DNA of 64,000 nt, taken from assembly GCF_009914755.1 (NCBI RefSeq), contig NC_060948.1, one strand, 5' to 3'. The notes beneath the pieces were generated by a model that had not been told where the DNA came from, did no database searches, and worked only from the letters and a program-made list of their open reading frames with translations. Origin of the DNA: the human T2T-CHM13v2.0 reference genome, Homo sapiens. A program made the position numbers and the translations under genes. Below are positions 1-19,185 of the stretch, piece by piece; the stretch's first letter is position 1, and every line of letters starts with the position of its first letter.

Positions 1-420
1 CATATTTTGAAAGCCTTAACTAGTAATTTGAAGAGTTGGCATTTGACAGGCCAGTATGAATATACCTTCAAAGCAGCAACACAGGTTCCCCATGAGAAAA
101 AGCAAACTCAGGGAAAATAAAACCACAAAGGTTCAATCTCTTCTGACCTTTGAAAGACACAGCACAGACAGTGGTCCTTAGGACGAAGAGCAGGAGACCC
201 CTAATTCCGTCACCATGGCGATAGGGCATAAACACTGCTGGGTGAGGGCACAATCCACATTGTGAGGTCCAACTGCTGCCAGGAAGACAGGAGTGCTTTT
301 ACATAGACCGAAAGGTCATTGAAGGCTCAGAGTTTTGTTTCAAGAACTGAATCCCAAGCCCACACGTTATTAGGCTGCGCTTCTTAAAACAAGTTATGAG
401 ATGGGAAAAAGGGCACCCAC
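1..420. repeat. HSATI-like segment, partial (window start)
   Basis: Near-identical to 2417-2836; non-simple, moderately GC-containing part of the unit. Confidence 0.8.
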
Positions 421-2270
<1,850 letters not shown>

Positions 2271-2836
2271 AAGATCCATATTTTTTAAATGAAAAAAAAT
2301 TTCAAAGGTACTCTGCTTGGTACAATAATCAAATGTATAAACTGAGGAATAAAACATAACCATGAAACCTACTTATAACTGCATATGGAAAATACAGAGG
2401 ATAATTTTTTAAATAACATATTTTGAAAGCCTTAACTAGTAATTTGAAGACTTGGCATTTGAAAGGCCAGTATGAATATACCTTCAAAGCAGCAACACAG
2501 GTTCCCCATGAGAAAAAGCAAACTCAGGGAAAATAAAACCACAAAGGTTCAATCTCTTCTGACCTTTGAAAGACACAGCACAGACAGTGGTCCTTAGGAC
2601 GAAGAGCAGGAGACCCCTAATTCCGTCACCATGGCGATAGGGCATAAACACTGCTGGGTGAGGGCACAATCCACATTGTGAGGTCCAACTGCTGCCAGGA
2701 AGACAGGAGTGCTTTTACATAGACCGAAAGGTCATTGAAGGCTCAGAGTTTTGTTTCAAGAACTGAATCCCAAGCCCACACGTTATTAGGCTGCGCTTCT
2801 TAAAACAAGTTATGAGATGGGAAAAAGGGCACCCAC
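2271..2836. repeat. HSATI-like segment (~565 bp); representative full copy, follows every Alu
   Basis: Non-simple sequence between the Alu 5' end and the AT-rich segment. Size and position fit the HSATI component of DYZ2 (not verified by alignment). Confidence 0.8.
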
Positions 2837-4376
2837 AAACATACGTATACATTATGTATATAATAATATACAGTATCATATATATAATATATATAACCTA
2901 TGTATAATATTGTTTTACATCCTGCATCTTATATTATATATATTGTGTAAAATATAATAATTGATAATATATAAGTTTTATATTTATACAATATGACATA
3001 TAGTATATATTATAATTTATGACATATATAATATATGTTATATATCATATATAGAATATATTATACGGTTAATATACGTATTAAATATAAATTATACATT
3101 ATATATATTATATATAATATATCTGCTATATATAATACCCATTATGCATAATATATATATTATGTCTATGTTATGTATAGTATAAAACAACATATAATAA
3201 TATATAATTGTATATATAAAATGCGACATATAATATATATTATATTTTATGACATCTGTAATATATATTATATATTTTATATAATACGTTGTATGTATAA
3301 TACCTATATTAAATATATATTATATGACTATGTTATTAATTACATGTCACATATGTTATATATTATATATTTTACATAGAATATACCGGTTACATACAAT
3401 ATATACTATGTTACCTATAATGTATAATTTATTACATGTAAAATAAAGAATGCAATATATTATGTGTAATTTATAATATACAATATGTGGAATGTGATAT
3501 ATATAACATATAATATATGATATATGATATACAGTATATGATATATAACATACAATATATGATACCTAATATATATGGTATAGAATATATATTTTATGAT
3601 ATGTATTCTATATGTTTTATATTCTGTTATATATAACTATTTCAAATTATATATAACTGTATAATATTTTATGTAAATATGTAATATAATATATATAACT
3701 ATATAATATATTATATATAACTATATATTATGTTATATATACTTTTATAACTTTATTTACATAAAATATCATAGTATAATATATATTATATTACTTCATA
3801 TTACATAATATATATTACATATCACCCAATATAAGTAACATACATAATATTATAATATAGATTATATTATGTTATATTAAATATCATATATATCATGTGT
3901 CATATATTCTATAATATATATTATACATTATATAATATGTATGTTGTCTATTATGTGATATATATAACTATATATATAATTATATTATTATACATATAAC
4001 TAGATAAATATGTAATTCTACATATTTTCATTTATACTATATAGAATTATATAATCATATATAATTATTTATATTCTATAAAAAATTATATCATTATATA
4101 AATTATAATATATAAAAATTATAACATGTACTACAAATATATATATTATATATCATATATGATATAGTACCTTTGTTATATATCATAATACATATAAATG
4201 TGTATTATGTTATCTATAATTATATAATTTCATATATAAGATGTATAATATGTGTTATATATTATATATGTTATGTAATATATATAGTATATATAAGATG
4301 ACACAGGATAAATATTATATACTATGACATACAAAATATATGAGGTTATATGTTACATATAAGGCATAGCACATAA

Positions 4377-4690
<314 letters not shown>

Positions 4691-6819
4691 AAAATCCATA
4701 TTTTTTAAATGAAAAAAAATTTCAAAGGTACTCTGCTTGGTACAATAATCAAATGTATAAACTGAGGAATAAAACATAACCATGAAACCTACTTATAACT
4801 GCATATGGAAAATACAGAGGATAATTTTTTAAATAACATATTTTGAAAGCCTTAACTAGTAATTTGAAGACTTGGCATTTGAAAGGCCAGTATGAATATA
4901 CCTTCAAAGCAGCAACACAGGTTCCCCATGAGAAAAAGCAAACTCAGGGAAAATAAAACCACAAAGGTTCAATCTCTTCTGACCTTTGAAAGACACAGCA
5001 CAGACAGTGGTCCTTAGGACGAAGAGCAGGAGACCCCTAATTCCGTCACCATGGCGATAGGGCATAAACATTGCTGGGTGAGGGCACAATCCACATTGTG
5101 AGGTCCAACTGCTGCCAGGAAGACAGGAGTGCTTTTACATAGACCGAAAGGTCATTGAAGGCTCAGAATTTTGTTTCAAGAACTGAATCCCAAGCCCACA
5201 CGTTATTAGGCTGCGCTTCTTAAAACAAGTTATGAGATGGGAAAAAGGGCACCCACAAACATACGTATACATTATGTATATAATAATATACAGTATCATA
5301 TATATAATATATATAACCTATGTATAGTATTGTTTTACATCCTGCATCTTATATTATGTATATTGTATAAAATATAATAATTGATAATATATAAGTTTTA
5401 TATTTATACAATATGACATATAGTATATATTATAATTTATGACATATATTATATATGTTATATATCATATATAGAATATATTATACGGTTAATATACGCA
5501 TTAAATATAAATTATACATTATATATATTATATATAATATATCTGCTATATATAATACCCATTATGCATAATATATATATTATGTCTATGTTATATATAG
5601 TATAAAACAACATATAATAATATATAATTGTATATATAAAATGCGACATATAATATATATTATATTTTATGACATATGTAATATATATTATATATTATAT
5701 ATAATACGTTGTATGTATAATACCTATATTAAATATATATTATATGACTATGTTATTAATTACATGTCACATATGTTATATATTATATATTTTACATAGA
5801 ATGTACCGGTTACATACAATATATACTATGTTACCTATAATGTATAATTTATTACATGTAAAATAAAGAATGCAATATATTATGTATAATTTATAATATA
5901 CAATATGTGGAATGTGATATATATAACATATAATATATGATATATGATATACAGTATGTGATATATAACCTACAATATATGATACCTAACATATATGGTA
6001 TACAATATATATTTTATGATATGTATTCTCTATGTTTTATATTCTGTTATATATAACTATTTGATATTATATATAACTGTGTAATATTTTATGTAAATAT
6101 GTAATATAATATATATAACTATATAATATATTATATATAACTATATATTATGTTATATATACTTTTATAACATAATTTACATAAAATATCATAATATAAT
6201 ATATATTATATTATTTCATATTACATAATATATATTACATATCACCCAATATAAGTAACATACATAATATTATAATATAGATTATATTATGTTATATTAA
6301 ATCTCATATATATCATGTATCATATATTCTATAATATATATTATACATTATATAATATGTATGTTGTCTATTATGTGATATATATAACTATATATATAAT
6401 TATATTATTATACATATAACTAGATAAACATGTAATTCTACATGTTTTCATTTATAATATATAGAATTATATAATCATATATAATTATTTATATTCTATA
6501 AAAAATTATATCATTATATAAATTATAATATATAAAAATTATAATATGTACTACAAATATATATATTATATTTCATATATGATATAGTACCTTTGTTATA
6601 TATCATAATACATATAAATGTGTATTATGTTATCTATAATTATATAATTTCATATATAAGATGTATAATATGTGTTATATATTATATATGTTATGTAATA
6701 TATATAGTATATATAAGATGACACAGGATAAATATTATATACTATGACATATAAAATATATGAGGTTATATGTTACATATAAGGCATAGCACATAACATG
6801 TAATATATATCATCTATAA

Positions 6820-7110
<291 letters not shown>

Positions 7111-9216
7111 GAGATCCATATTTTTTAAATGAAAAAAAATTTCAAAGGTACTCTGCTTGGTACAATAATCAAATGTATAAACTGAGGAATAAAACATAAC
7201 CATGAAACCTACTTATAACTGCATATGGAAAATACAGAGGATAATTTTTTAAATAACATATTTTGAAGGCCTTAACTAGTAATTTGAAGAGTTGGCATTT
7301 GAAAGGCCAGTATGAATATACCTTCAAAGCAGCAACACAGGTTCCCCATGAGAAAAAGCAAACTCAGGGAAAATAAAACCACAAAGGTTCAATCTCTTCT
7401 GACCTTTGAAAGACACAGCACAGACAGTGGTCCTTAGGACGAAGAGCAGGAGACCCCTAATTCCGTCACCATGGCGATAGGGCATAAACATTGCTGGGTG
7501 AGGGCACAATCCACATTGTGAGGTCCAACTGCTGCCAGGAAGACAGGAGTGCTTTTACATAGACCGAAAGGTCATTGAAGGCTCAGAGTTTTGTTTCAAG
7601 AACTGAATCCCAAGCCCACACGTTATTAGGCTGCGCTTCTTAAAACAAGTTATGAGATGGGAAAAAGGGCACCCACAAACATACGTATACATTATGTATA
7701 TAATAATATACAGTATCATATATATAATATATATAACCTATGTATAATATTGTTTTACATCCTGCATCTTATATTATATATATTGTATAAAATATAATAA
7801 TTGATAATATATAAGTTTTATATTTATACAATATGACATATAGTATATATTATAATTTATGACATATATTATGTATGTTATATATCATATGTAGAATATA
7901 TTATACGGTTAATATACGTATTAAATATAAATTATACATTATATATATTATATATAATATATCTGTTATATATAATGCGTATTATGCATAATATATATAT
8001 TATGTCTATGTTATATATAGTATAAAACAACATATAATAATACATAATTGTATATATAAAATGCGACATATAATATATATTATATTTTATGACATATGTA
8101 ATATATATTATATATTATATATAATACGTTGTATGTATAATACCTATATTAAATATGTATTATATGACTATGTTATTAATTACATGTCACATATGTTATA
8201 TATTATATATTTTACATAGAATATACCGGTTACATACAATATATACTATGTTACCTATAATGTATAGTTTATTACATGTAAAATAAAGAATGCAATATAT
8301 TATGTATAATTTATAATATACAATATGTGGAATGTGATATATATAACATATAATATATGATATATGATATACAGTATATGATATATAACATGCAAAATAT
8401 GATACCTAACATATATGGAATACAATATATATTTTATCATATGTATTCTATATGTTTTATATTCTGTTATATATAACTATTTGAAATTATATATAACTGT
8501 ATAATATTTTATGTAAATATGTAATATAATATATACAACTATATAATATATTATATATAACTATATATTATGTTGTATATACTTTTATAACATAATTTAC
8601 ATAAAATATCATAATAAAATACATATTATATTATTACACATTACGTAATATATATTACACATCACCCAATATAAGTAACATACATAATATTATAATATAG
8701 ATTATATTATGTTATATTAAATCTCATATGTATCATGTATCATATATTCTATAATATATATTATACATTATATAATATATATGTTGTCTATTATGTGATA
8801 TATATAACTATATATATAATTATATTATTATACATATAACTAGATAAACATGTAATTCTACATATTTTCATTTATAATATATGGAATTATATAATCATAT
8901 ACAATTATTTATATTCTATAAAAAATTATATCATTATATAAATTATAATATATAAAAATTATAATATGTACTACAAATATATATATTATATATCATATAT
9001 GATATAGTACCTTTGTTATATATCATAATACATATAAATGTGTATTATGTTATCTATAATTTTATAATTTCATATATAAGATGTATAATATGTATTATAT
9101 ATTATATATGTTATGTAATACATATAGTATATATAAGCTGACACAGGATAAATATTATATACTATGACATATAAAATATATGAGGTTATATGTTACATAT
9201 AAGTCATAGCACATAA

Positions 9217-9530
<314 letters not shown>

Positions 9531-11645
9531 GAGATCCATATTTTTTAAATGAAAAAAAATTTCAAAGGTACTCTGCTTGGTACAATAATCAAATGTATAA
9601 ACTGAGGAATAAAACATAACCATGAAACCTACTTATAACTGCATATGGAAAATACAGAGGATAATTTTTTAAATAACATATTTTGAAAGCCTTAACTAGT
9701 AATTTGAAGACTTGGCATTTGAAAGGCCAGTATGAATATACCTTCAAAGCAGCAACACAGGTTCCCCATGAGAAAAAGCAAACTCAGGGAAAATAAAACC
9801 ACAAAGGTTCAATCTCTTCTGACCTTTGAAAGACACAGCACAGACAGTGGTCCTTAGGACGAAGAGCAGGAGACCCCTAATTCCGTCACCATGGCGATAG
9901 GGCATAAACATTGCTGGGTGAGGGCACAATCCACATTGTGAGGTCCAACTGCTGCCAGGAAGACAGGAGTGCTTTTACATAGACCGAAATGTCATTGAAG
10001 GCTCAGAGTTTTGTTTCAAGAACTGAATCCCAAGCCCACACGTTATTAGGCTGCGCTTCTTAAAACAAGTTATGAGATGGGAAAAAGGGCACCCACAAAC
10101 ATACGTATACACTATGTATATAATAATATACAGTATCATATATATAATATATATAACCTATGTATAATATTGTTTTACATCCTGCATCTTATATATATTG
10201 TATTAAATATAATAATTGATAATATATGTTTTATATTTACACAATATGACATATAGTATACATTATAATCTATGACATATATAATATATGTTATATATCA
10301 TATATAGAATATATTGTAAGGTTAATATACGTATTAAATATAAATTATACATTATATATATTATATATAATATATCTGTTATATATAATACCCATTATGC
10401 ATAATATATATATTATGTCTATGTTATATATAGTATAAAACAACATATAATAATATATAATTGTATATATAAAATGCGACATATAATATATATTATATTT
10501 TATTACATAAGTAATATATATTATATATTATATATAATACGTTGTATGTATAATACCTATCTTAAATATATATTGTATGACTATGTTATTAATTACATGT
10601 CACATGGGTTGTATATTATATATTTTACATAGAATATACCGGTTACATACAATATATACTATGTTACCTATAATGTATAATTTATTACATGTAAAATAAA
10701 GAATGCAATATATTATGTATAATTTATAATATACAATATGTGGAATCTGATATATATAACTTATATGATATATGATATACAGTATATGATATATAACATA
10801 CAATATATGATACCTAATATATATGGTATACAATATATATTTTATGATATGTATTCTATATGTTTTATATTCTGTTATATATAACTATTTGAAATTATAT
10901 ATAACTGTATAATATTTTATGTAAATATGTAATATAATATATATAACTATATAATATATTATATATAACTATATATTATGTTATATATACTTTTATAACA
11001 TAATTTACATAAAATGTCATAATATAATATATATTATATTATTTCATATTACATAATATATATTGCATATCACCCAATATAAGTAACATACATAATATTA
11101 TAATATAAGTTATATTATGTTATATTAAATATCATATATATCATGTATCATATATTCTATAATATATATTATACATTATATAATATGTATGTTGTCTATT
11201 ATGTGATATATATAACTATATATAATTATATTATTATACATATAATTAGATAAACATGTAATTCTACATATTTTCATTTATAATATATAGAATTATATAA
11301 TCATATATAATTATTTATATTCTATAAAAAATTATATCATTATATAAATTATAATATAAAAAAATTATAATACTTACTACAAATATATATATTATATATC
11401 ATATATGATATAGTACCTTTGTTATATATCATAGTACATATAAATGTGTATTAGGTTATCTATAATTATATAATTTCATATATAAGTTGTATAATATGTA
11501 TTATATATTATATATGTTATATAATATATATAGTATATATAAGATGACACAGGATAAATATTATATACTATGACATATAAAATATATGAGGTTATATGTT
11601 ACACATAAGGCATAGCACATAACATGTAATATATATCATATATAA

Positions 11646-11936
11646 TTTTTTTTTAGACAGAGTCTTGTCGTGCTGCACAGGGTGAAGTACAATGGCGCCA
11701 TCTTTGCTCACTGCAACATCTGCCTCTCGGGTCCAAGCGATTGTCCTCCCTCAACCTCTCAGGTAGCTGGGACTACACCACACTGGGACTACACCAGCTG
11801 CCACCATGCCTAGCTAATTTTTTGGATTTTTAGTAGTGACAGCGTTTCACTGTATTGGCCAGGATGGTCTTGATCTCTTCACCTTGTGATCCCCTTGCCT
11901 TGGCCTCCAAATTTGCTGGGATTACAGGCCTGAGCC
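11646..11936 (-). mobile_element. Alu copy, U5
   Basis: Near-identical to 1980-2270. Confidence 0.93.
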
Positions 11937-14061
11937 AAGATCCATATTTTTTAAATGAAAAAAAATTTCAAAGGTACTCTGCTTGGTACAATAATCAAAT
12001 GTATAAACTGAGGAATAAAACATAACCATGAAACCTACTTATAACTGCATATGGAAAATACAGAGGATAATTTTTTAAATAACATATTTTGAAAGCCTTA
12101 ACTAGTAATTTGAAGAGTTGGCATTTGAAAGGCCAGTATGAATATACCTTCAAAGCAGCAACACAGGTTCCCCATGAGAAACAGCAAACTCAGGGAAAAT
12201 AAAACCACAAAGGTTCAAGCTCTTCTGACCTTTGAAAGACACAGCACAGACAGTGGTCCTTAGGACGAAGAGCAGGAGACCCCTAATTCCGTCACCATGG
12301 CGATAGGGCATAAACATTGCTGGGTGAGGGCACAATCCACATTGTGAGGTCCAACTGCTGCCAGGAAGACAGGAGTGCTTTTACATAGACCGAAAGGTCA
12401 TTGAAGGCTCAGAGTTTTGTTTCAAGAACTGAATCCCAAGCCCACACGTCATTAGGCTGCGCTTCTTAAAACAAGTTATGAGATGGGAAAAAGGGCACCC
12501 ACAAACATACGTTTACATTATGTATATAATAATATACAGTATCATATATATAATTTATATAACCTATGTATAATATTGTTTTACATCCTGCATCTTATAT
12601 TATATATATTGTCTAAAATATAATAATTGATAATATATAACTTTTATATTTATACAATATGACATATAGTATATATTATAATTTATGACATATATAATAT
12701 ATGTTATATATCATATATAGAATATATTATACGGTTAATATACGTATTAAATATAAATTATACATTATATATATTATATATAATATTTCTGTTATATATA
12801 ATACCCATTATGCATAATATGTATATTATGTCTATGTTATATATAGTATAAAACAACATATAATAATATATAATTGTATATATAAAATGCGACATATAAT
12901 ATATATTATATTTTATGACATATGTAATATATATTATATATTATATATAATACGTTGTATGTATAATACCTATATTAAATATATATTATATGACTATGTT
13001 ATTAATTACATGTCACATGTGTTATATATTATATATTTTACATAGAATATACCGGTTACATACAATATATACTATGTTAACTATAATGTATAATTGATTA
13101 CATGTAAAATAAAGAATGCAATATATTATGTATAATTTATAATATACAATATGTGGAATGTGATATATATAACATATAATATGTGATATATGATATACAG
13201 TATATGATATATAACATACAATATATGATACCTAGTATGTATGGTATACAATATATATTTTATGATATGTATTCTATATGTTTTATATTCTGTTATATAT
13301 AACTATTTGAAATTATATATAACTGTATAATATTTTATGTAAATATGTAATATAATATATATAACTATATAATATATTATATATAACTATATATTATGTT
13401 ATATATACTTTTATAACATAATTTACATAAAATGTCATAATATAATATATATTATATTATTTCACATTACATAATATATATTACATATCACCCAATATAA
13501 GTAACATACATAATATTATAATATAGATTATATTATGTTATATTAAATATCATATATATCATGTATCATATATTCTATAATATATATTACACATTATATA
13601 ATACGTATGTTGTCTATTATGTGATATATATAACTATATATAATTATATTATTATACATATAACTAGATAAACATGTAATTCTACATATTTTCATTTATA
13701 ATATATAGAATTATATAATCATATATAATTATATATATTCTATAAAAAATTATATCATTATATAAATTATAATATATAAAAATTATAATATGTACTACAT
13801 ATATATATTATATATCATATATGATATAGTACCTTTGTTATATATCATAATACATATAAATGTGTATTATGTTATCTATAATTATATAATTTCATATATA
13901 AGTTGTATAATATGTATCAAATATTATATATGTTATGTAATATATATAGTATATATAAGCTGACACAGGATAAATATTATATTCTATGACATATAAAATA
14001 TATGAGGTTATATGTTACATATAAGGCATAGCACATAACATGTAATATATATCATATATAA

Positions 14062-14352
14062 TTTTTTTTTAGACAGAGTCTTGTCCTGTTGCACAGGGTG
14101 GGGTACAATGGCGACATCTTTGCTCACTGCAACATCTGCCTCAAGGGTCCAAGCGATTGGCCTCCCTCAGCCTCCCAGGTAGCTGGGACTACACCACACT
14201 GGGACTACAGCAGCTGCCACCATGCCTAGCTAATTTTTTGGATTTTTTGTAGTGACAGCGTTTCACTGTATTGGCCAGGATGGTCTTGATCTCTTCACCT
14301 TGTGATCCCCTTGCCTTGGCCTCCAAATTTGCTGGGATTACAGGCCTGAGCC
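14062..14352 (-). mobile_element. Alu copy, U6
   Basis: Near-identical to 1980-2270. Confidence 0.93.
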
Positions 14353-16474
14353 AAGATCCATATTTTTTAAATGAAAAAAAATTTCAAAGGTACTCTGCTT
14401 GGTACAATAATCAAATGTATAAACTGAGGAATAAAACATAACCATGAAACCTACTTATAACTGCATATGGAAAATACAGAGGATAATTTTTTAAATAACA
14501 TATTTTGAAAGCCTTAACTAGTAATTTGAAGAGTTGGCATTTGTAAGGCCAGTATGAATATACCTTCAAAGCAGCAACACAGGTTCCCCATGAGAAAAAG
14601 CAAACACAGGGAAAATAAAAACACAAAGGTTCAATCTCTTCTGACCTTTGAAAGACACAGCACAGACAGTGGTCCTTAGGACGAAGAGCAGGAGACCCCT
14701 AATTCCGTCACCATGGCGATAGGGCATAAACATTGCTGGGTGAGGGCACAATCCACATTGTGAGGTCCAACTGCTGCCAGGAAGACAGGAGTGCTTTTAC
14801 ATAGACCGAAAGGTCATTGAAGGCTCAGAGTTTTGTTTCAAGAACTGAATCCCAAGCCCACACGTTATTAGGCTGCGCTTCTTAAAACAAGTTATGAGAT
14901 GGGAAAAAGGGCACCCACAAACATACGTATACATTATGTATATAATAATATACAGTATCATATATATAATATATATAACCTATGTATAATATTGTTTTAC
15001 ATCCTGCATATTATGTTATATATATTGTATAAAATATAATAATTGATAATATATAAGTTTTATATTTATACAATATGACATATAGTATATATTATAATTT
15101 ATGACATATATAATATATGTTATATATCATATATAGAATATATTATACGGTTAATATACGTATTAAATATAAATTATACATTATATATATTATATATAAT
15201 ATATCTGTTATATATAATACCCATTATGCATAATATATATATTATGTCTATGTTATATATAGTATAAAACAACATATAATAATATATACTTGTATATATA
15301 AAATGCGACATATAATATATATTATATTTTATAACATATGTAATATATATTATATATAATACGTTGTATGTATAATACCTATATTAAATATATATTATAT
15401 GACTATGTTATTAATTACATGTCACATGTGTTATATATTATATATTTTACATAGAATATACCGGTTACATACAATATATACTATGTTACCTATAATGTAT
15501 AATTTATTACATGTAAAAAAAAGAATGCAATATATTATGTAAAATTAATAATATACCATATGTGGAATGTGATATATATAACATATAATATATGATATAT
15601 GATATACAGTATATGATATATAACATACAATATATGACTCCTAATATATATGGTATACAATATATATTTTATGAAATGTATTCTATATGTTTTATATTCT
15701 GTTATATATAACTATTTGAAATTATATATAACTGTATAATATTTTATGTAAATATGTAATATAATATATATAACTATATAATATATTATATATAACTATA
15801 TATTATGTTATATATACTTTTATAACATAATTTACATAAAATATCATAATATAATATATATTATATTATTTCATATTACATAATATATATTACATATCAC
15901 CCAATATAACTAACATACATAATATTATAATATAGATTATATTGTGTTATATTAAATATCATATATATCATGTATCATATATTCTATAATATATATTACA
16001 CATTATATATTATGTATGTTGTCTATTATGTGATATATATAACTATATATATAATTATATTTTTATACATATAACTAGATAAACATGTAATTCTACATAT
16101 TTTCATTTATAATATGTAGAATTATATAATCATATATAATTATTTATATTCTATAAAAAATTTTATCATTATATAAATTATAATATATAAAAGTTATAAT
16201 ATGTACTACAAATATATATATTATATATCATATATGCAATAGTACCTTTGTTATATATCATAATACATATAAATGTGTATTATGTTATCTATAATTATAT
16301 AATTTCATATATAAGTTGTATAATATGTATCATATATTATATATGTTACGTAATATATATAGTATATATAAGATGACACAGGATAAATATTATATACTAT
16401 GACATATAAAATATATCAGGTTATATGTTACATATAAGGCATAGCACATAACATGTAATATATATCATATATAA

Positions 16475-16765
16475 TTTTTTTTTAGACAGAATCTTGTCCT
16501 GTTGCACAGGGTGGGGTACAATGGCGCCATCTTTGCTCACTGCAACTTCTGCCTCACGGTTCCAAGCGATTGTCCTCCCTCAGCCTCCCAGGTAGCTGGG
16601 ACTACACCACACTGGGACTACACCAGCTGCCACCATGCCTAGCTAATTTTTTGGATTTTTAGTAGTGACAGCGTTTCACTGTATTGGCCAGGATGGTCTT
16701 GATCTCTTCACCTTGTGATCCCCTTGCCTTGGCCTCCAAATTTGCTGGGATTACAGGCCTGAGCC
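16475..16765 (-). mobile_element. Alu copy, U7
   Basis: Near-identical to 1980-2270 (B-type variants). Confidence 0.93.
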
Positions 16766-18871
16766 AAGATCCATATTTTTTAAATGAAAAAAAATTTCAA
16801 AGGTACTCTGCTTGGTACAATAATCAAATGTATAAACTGAGGAATAAAACATAACCATGAAACCTACTTATAACTGCACATGGAAAATACAGAGGATAAT
16901 TTTTTAAATAACATATTTTGAAAGCCTTAACTAGTAATTTGAAGAGCTGGCATTTGAAAGGCCAGTATGAATATACCTTCAAAGCAGCAACACAGGTTCC
17001 CCATGAGAAAAAGCAAACACAGGGAAAATAAAAACACAAAGGTTCAATCTCTTCTGACCTTTGAAAGACACAGCACAGACAGTGGTCCTTAGGACGAAGA
17101 GCAGGAGACCCCTAATTCCGTCACCATGGCGATAGGGCATAAACATTGCTGGGTGAGGGCACAATCCACATTGTGAGGTCCAACTGCTGCCAGGAAGACA
17201 GGAGTGCTTTTACATAGACCGAAAGGTCATTGAAGGCTCAGAGTTTTGTTTCAAGAACTGAATCCCAAGCCCACACGTTATTAGGCTGCGCTTCTTAAAA
17301 CAAGTTATGAGATGGGAAAAAGTGCACCCACAAACATACGTATACATTATGTATATAATAATATACAGTATCATATATATAATATATATAACCTATGTAT
17401 AATATTGTTTTACATCCTGCATCTTATGTTATATATATTGTATAAAATATAATAATTGATAATATATAAGTTTTATAATTATACAATATGACATATAGTA
17501 TATATTATAATTTATGACATATATAATATATGTTATATGTCATATATAGAATATATTATACGGTTAACATACGTATTAAATATAAATTATACATTATATA
17601 TATTATATATAATATATCTGTTATATATAATACCCATTATGCATAATATATATATTATGTCTATGTTATATATAGTATAAAACAACATATAATAATATAT
17701 AATTGTATATATAAAATGCGACATACAATATATATTATATTTTATAACATATGAAATATATATTATATATTATATATAATACGTTGTATGTATAATACCT
17801 ATATTAAATATATATTATATGACTATGTTATTAATTACATGTCACATGTGTTATATATTATATATTTTACATAGAATATACCGGTTACATACAATATATA
17901 CTATGTTACCTATAATGTATAATTTATTACCTGTAAAATAAAGAATGCAATATATTATGTAAAATTTATAATATACCATATGTGGAATGTCATATATATA
18001 ACATATAATATATGATATATGATATACAGTATATGATATATAACATACAATATATGATTCCTAATATATATGGTATAAAATATATATTTTATGATATGTA
18101 TTATATATGTTTTATATTCTGTTATATATAACTATTTGAAATTTTATATAACTGTATAATATTTTATGTAAATATGTAATATAATATATATAACTATATA
18201 AAATATTATATATAACTATATATTATGTTATATATACTTTTATAACATAATTTACATAAAATATCATAATATAATATATATTATATTATTTCATATTACA
18301 TAATATATATTACATATCACCCAATATAACTAACATACATAATATTATAATATAGATTATATTGTGTTATATTAAATATCATATATATCATGTATCATAT
18401 ATTCTATAATATATATTACACATTATATAATATGTATGATGTCTATTATGTGATATATATAACTATATATATAATTATATTTTTATACATATAACTAGAT
18501 AAACATGTAATTCTACATATTTTCATTTATAATATGTAGAATTATATAATCATATATAATTATTTATATTCTATAAAAAATTTTATCATTATATAAATTA
18601 TAATATATAAAAATTATAATATGTACTACAAATATATATATTATATATCATATATGATATAGTACCTTTGTTATATATCATAATACATATAAATGTGTAT
18701 TATGTTATCTATAATTATATAATTTCATATATAAGATGTATAATATGTATCATATATTATATATGTTATGTAATATATATAGTATATATAAGATGACACA
18801 GGATAAATATTATATACTATGACATATAAAATATATGAGGTTATATGTTACATATAAGGCATAGCACATAA

Positions 18872-19185
<314 letters not shown>

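Noticed and set aside
68-253. 61-aa minus-strand ORF (MCPHPA...) repeated in all 27 units
   Set aside because: It starts at TTG rather than ATG, is short and has no recognisable domain. Many between-copy changes are non-synonymous. Its recurrence only reflects the tandem repeat.
14411-14626. 71-aa ORF (MCFYFPC...) in B-type units and 70-aa ORF (MQDVKQ...) in a few units
   Set aside because: Each is opened by a single substitution removing a stop codon and is absent from the other units; useful only as subfamily markers.
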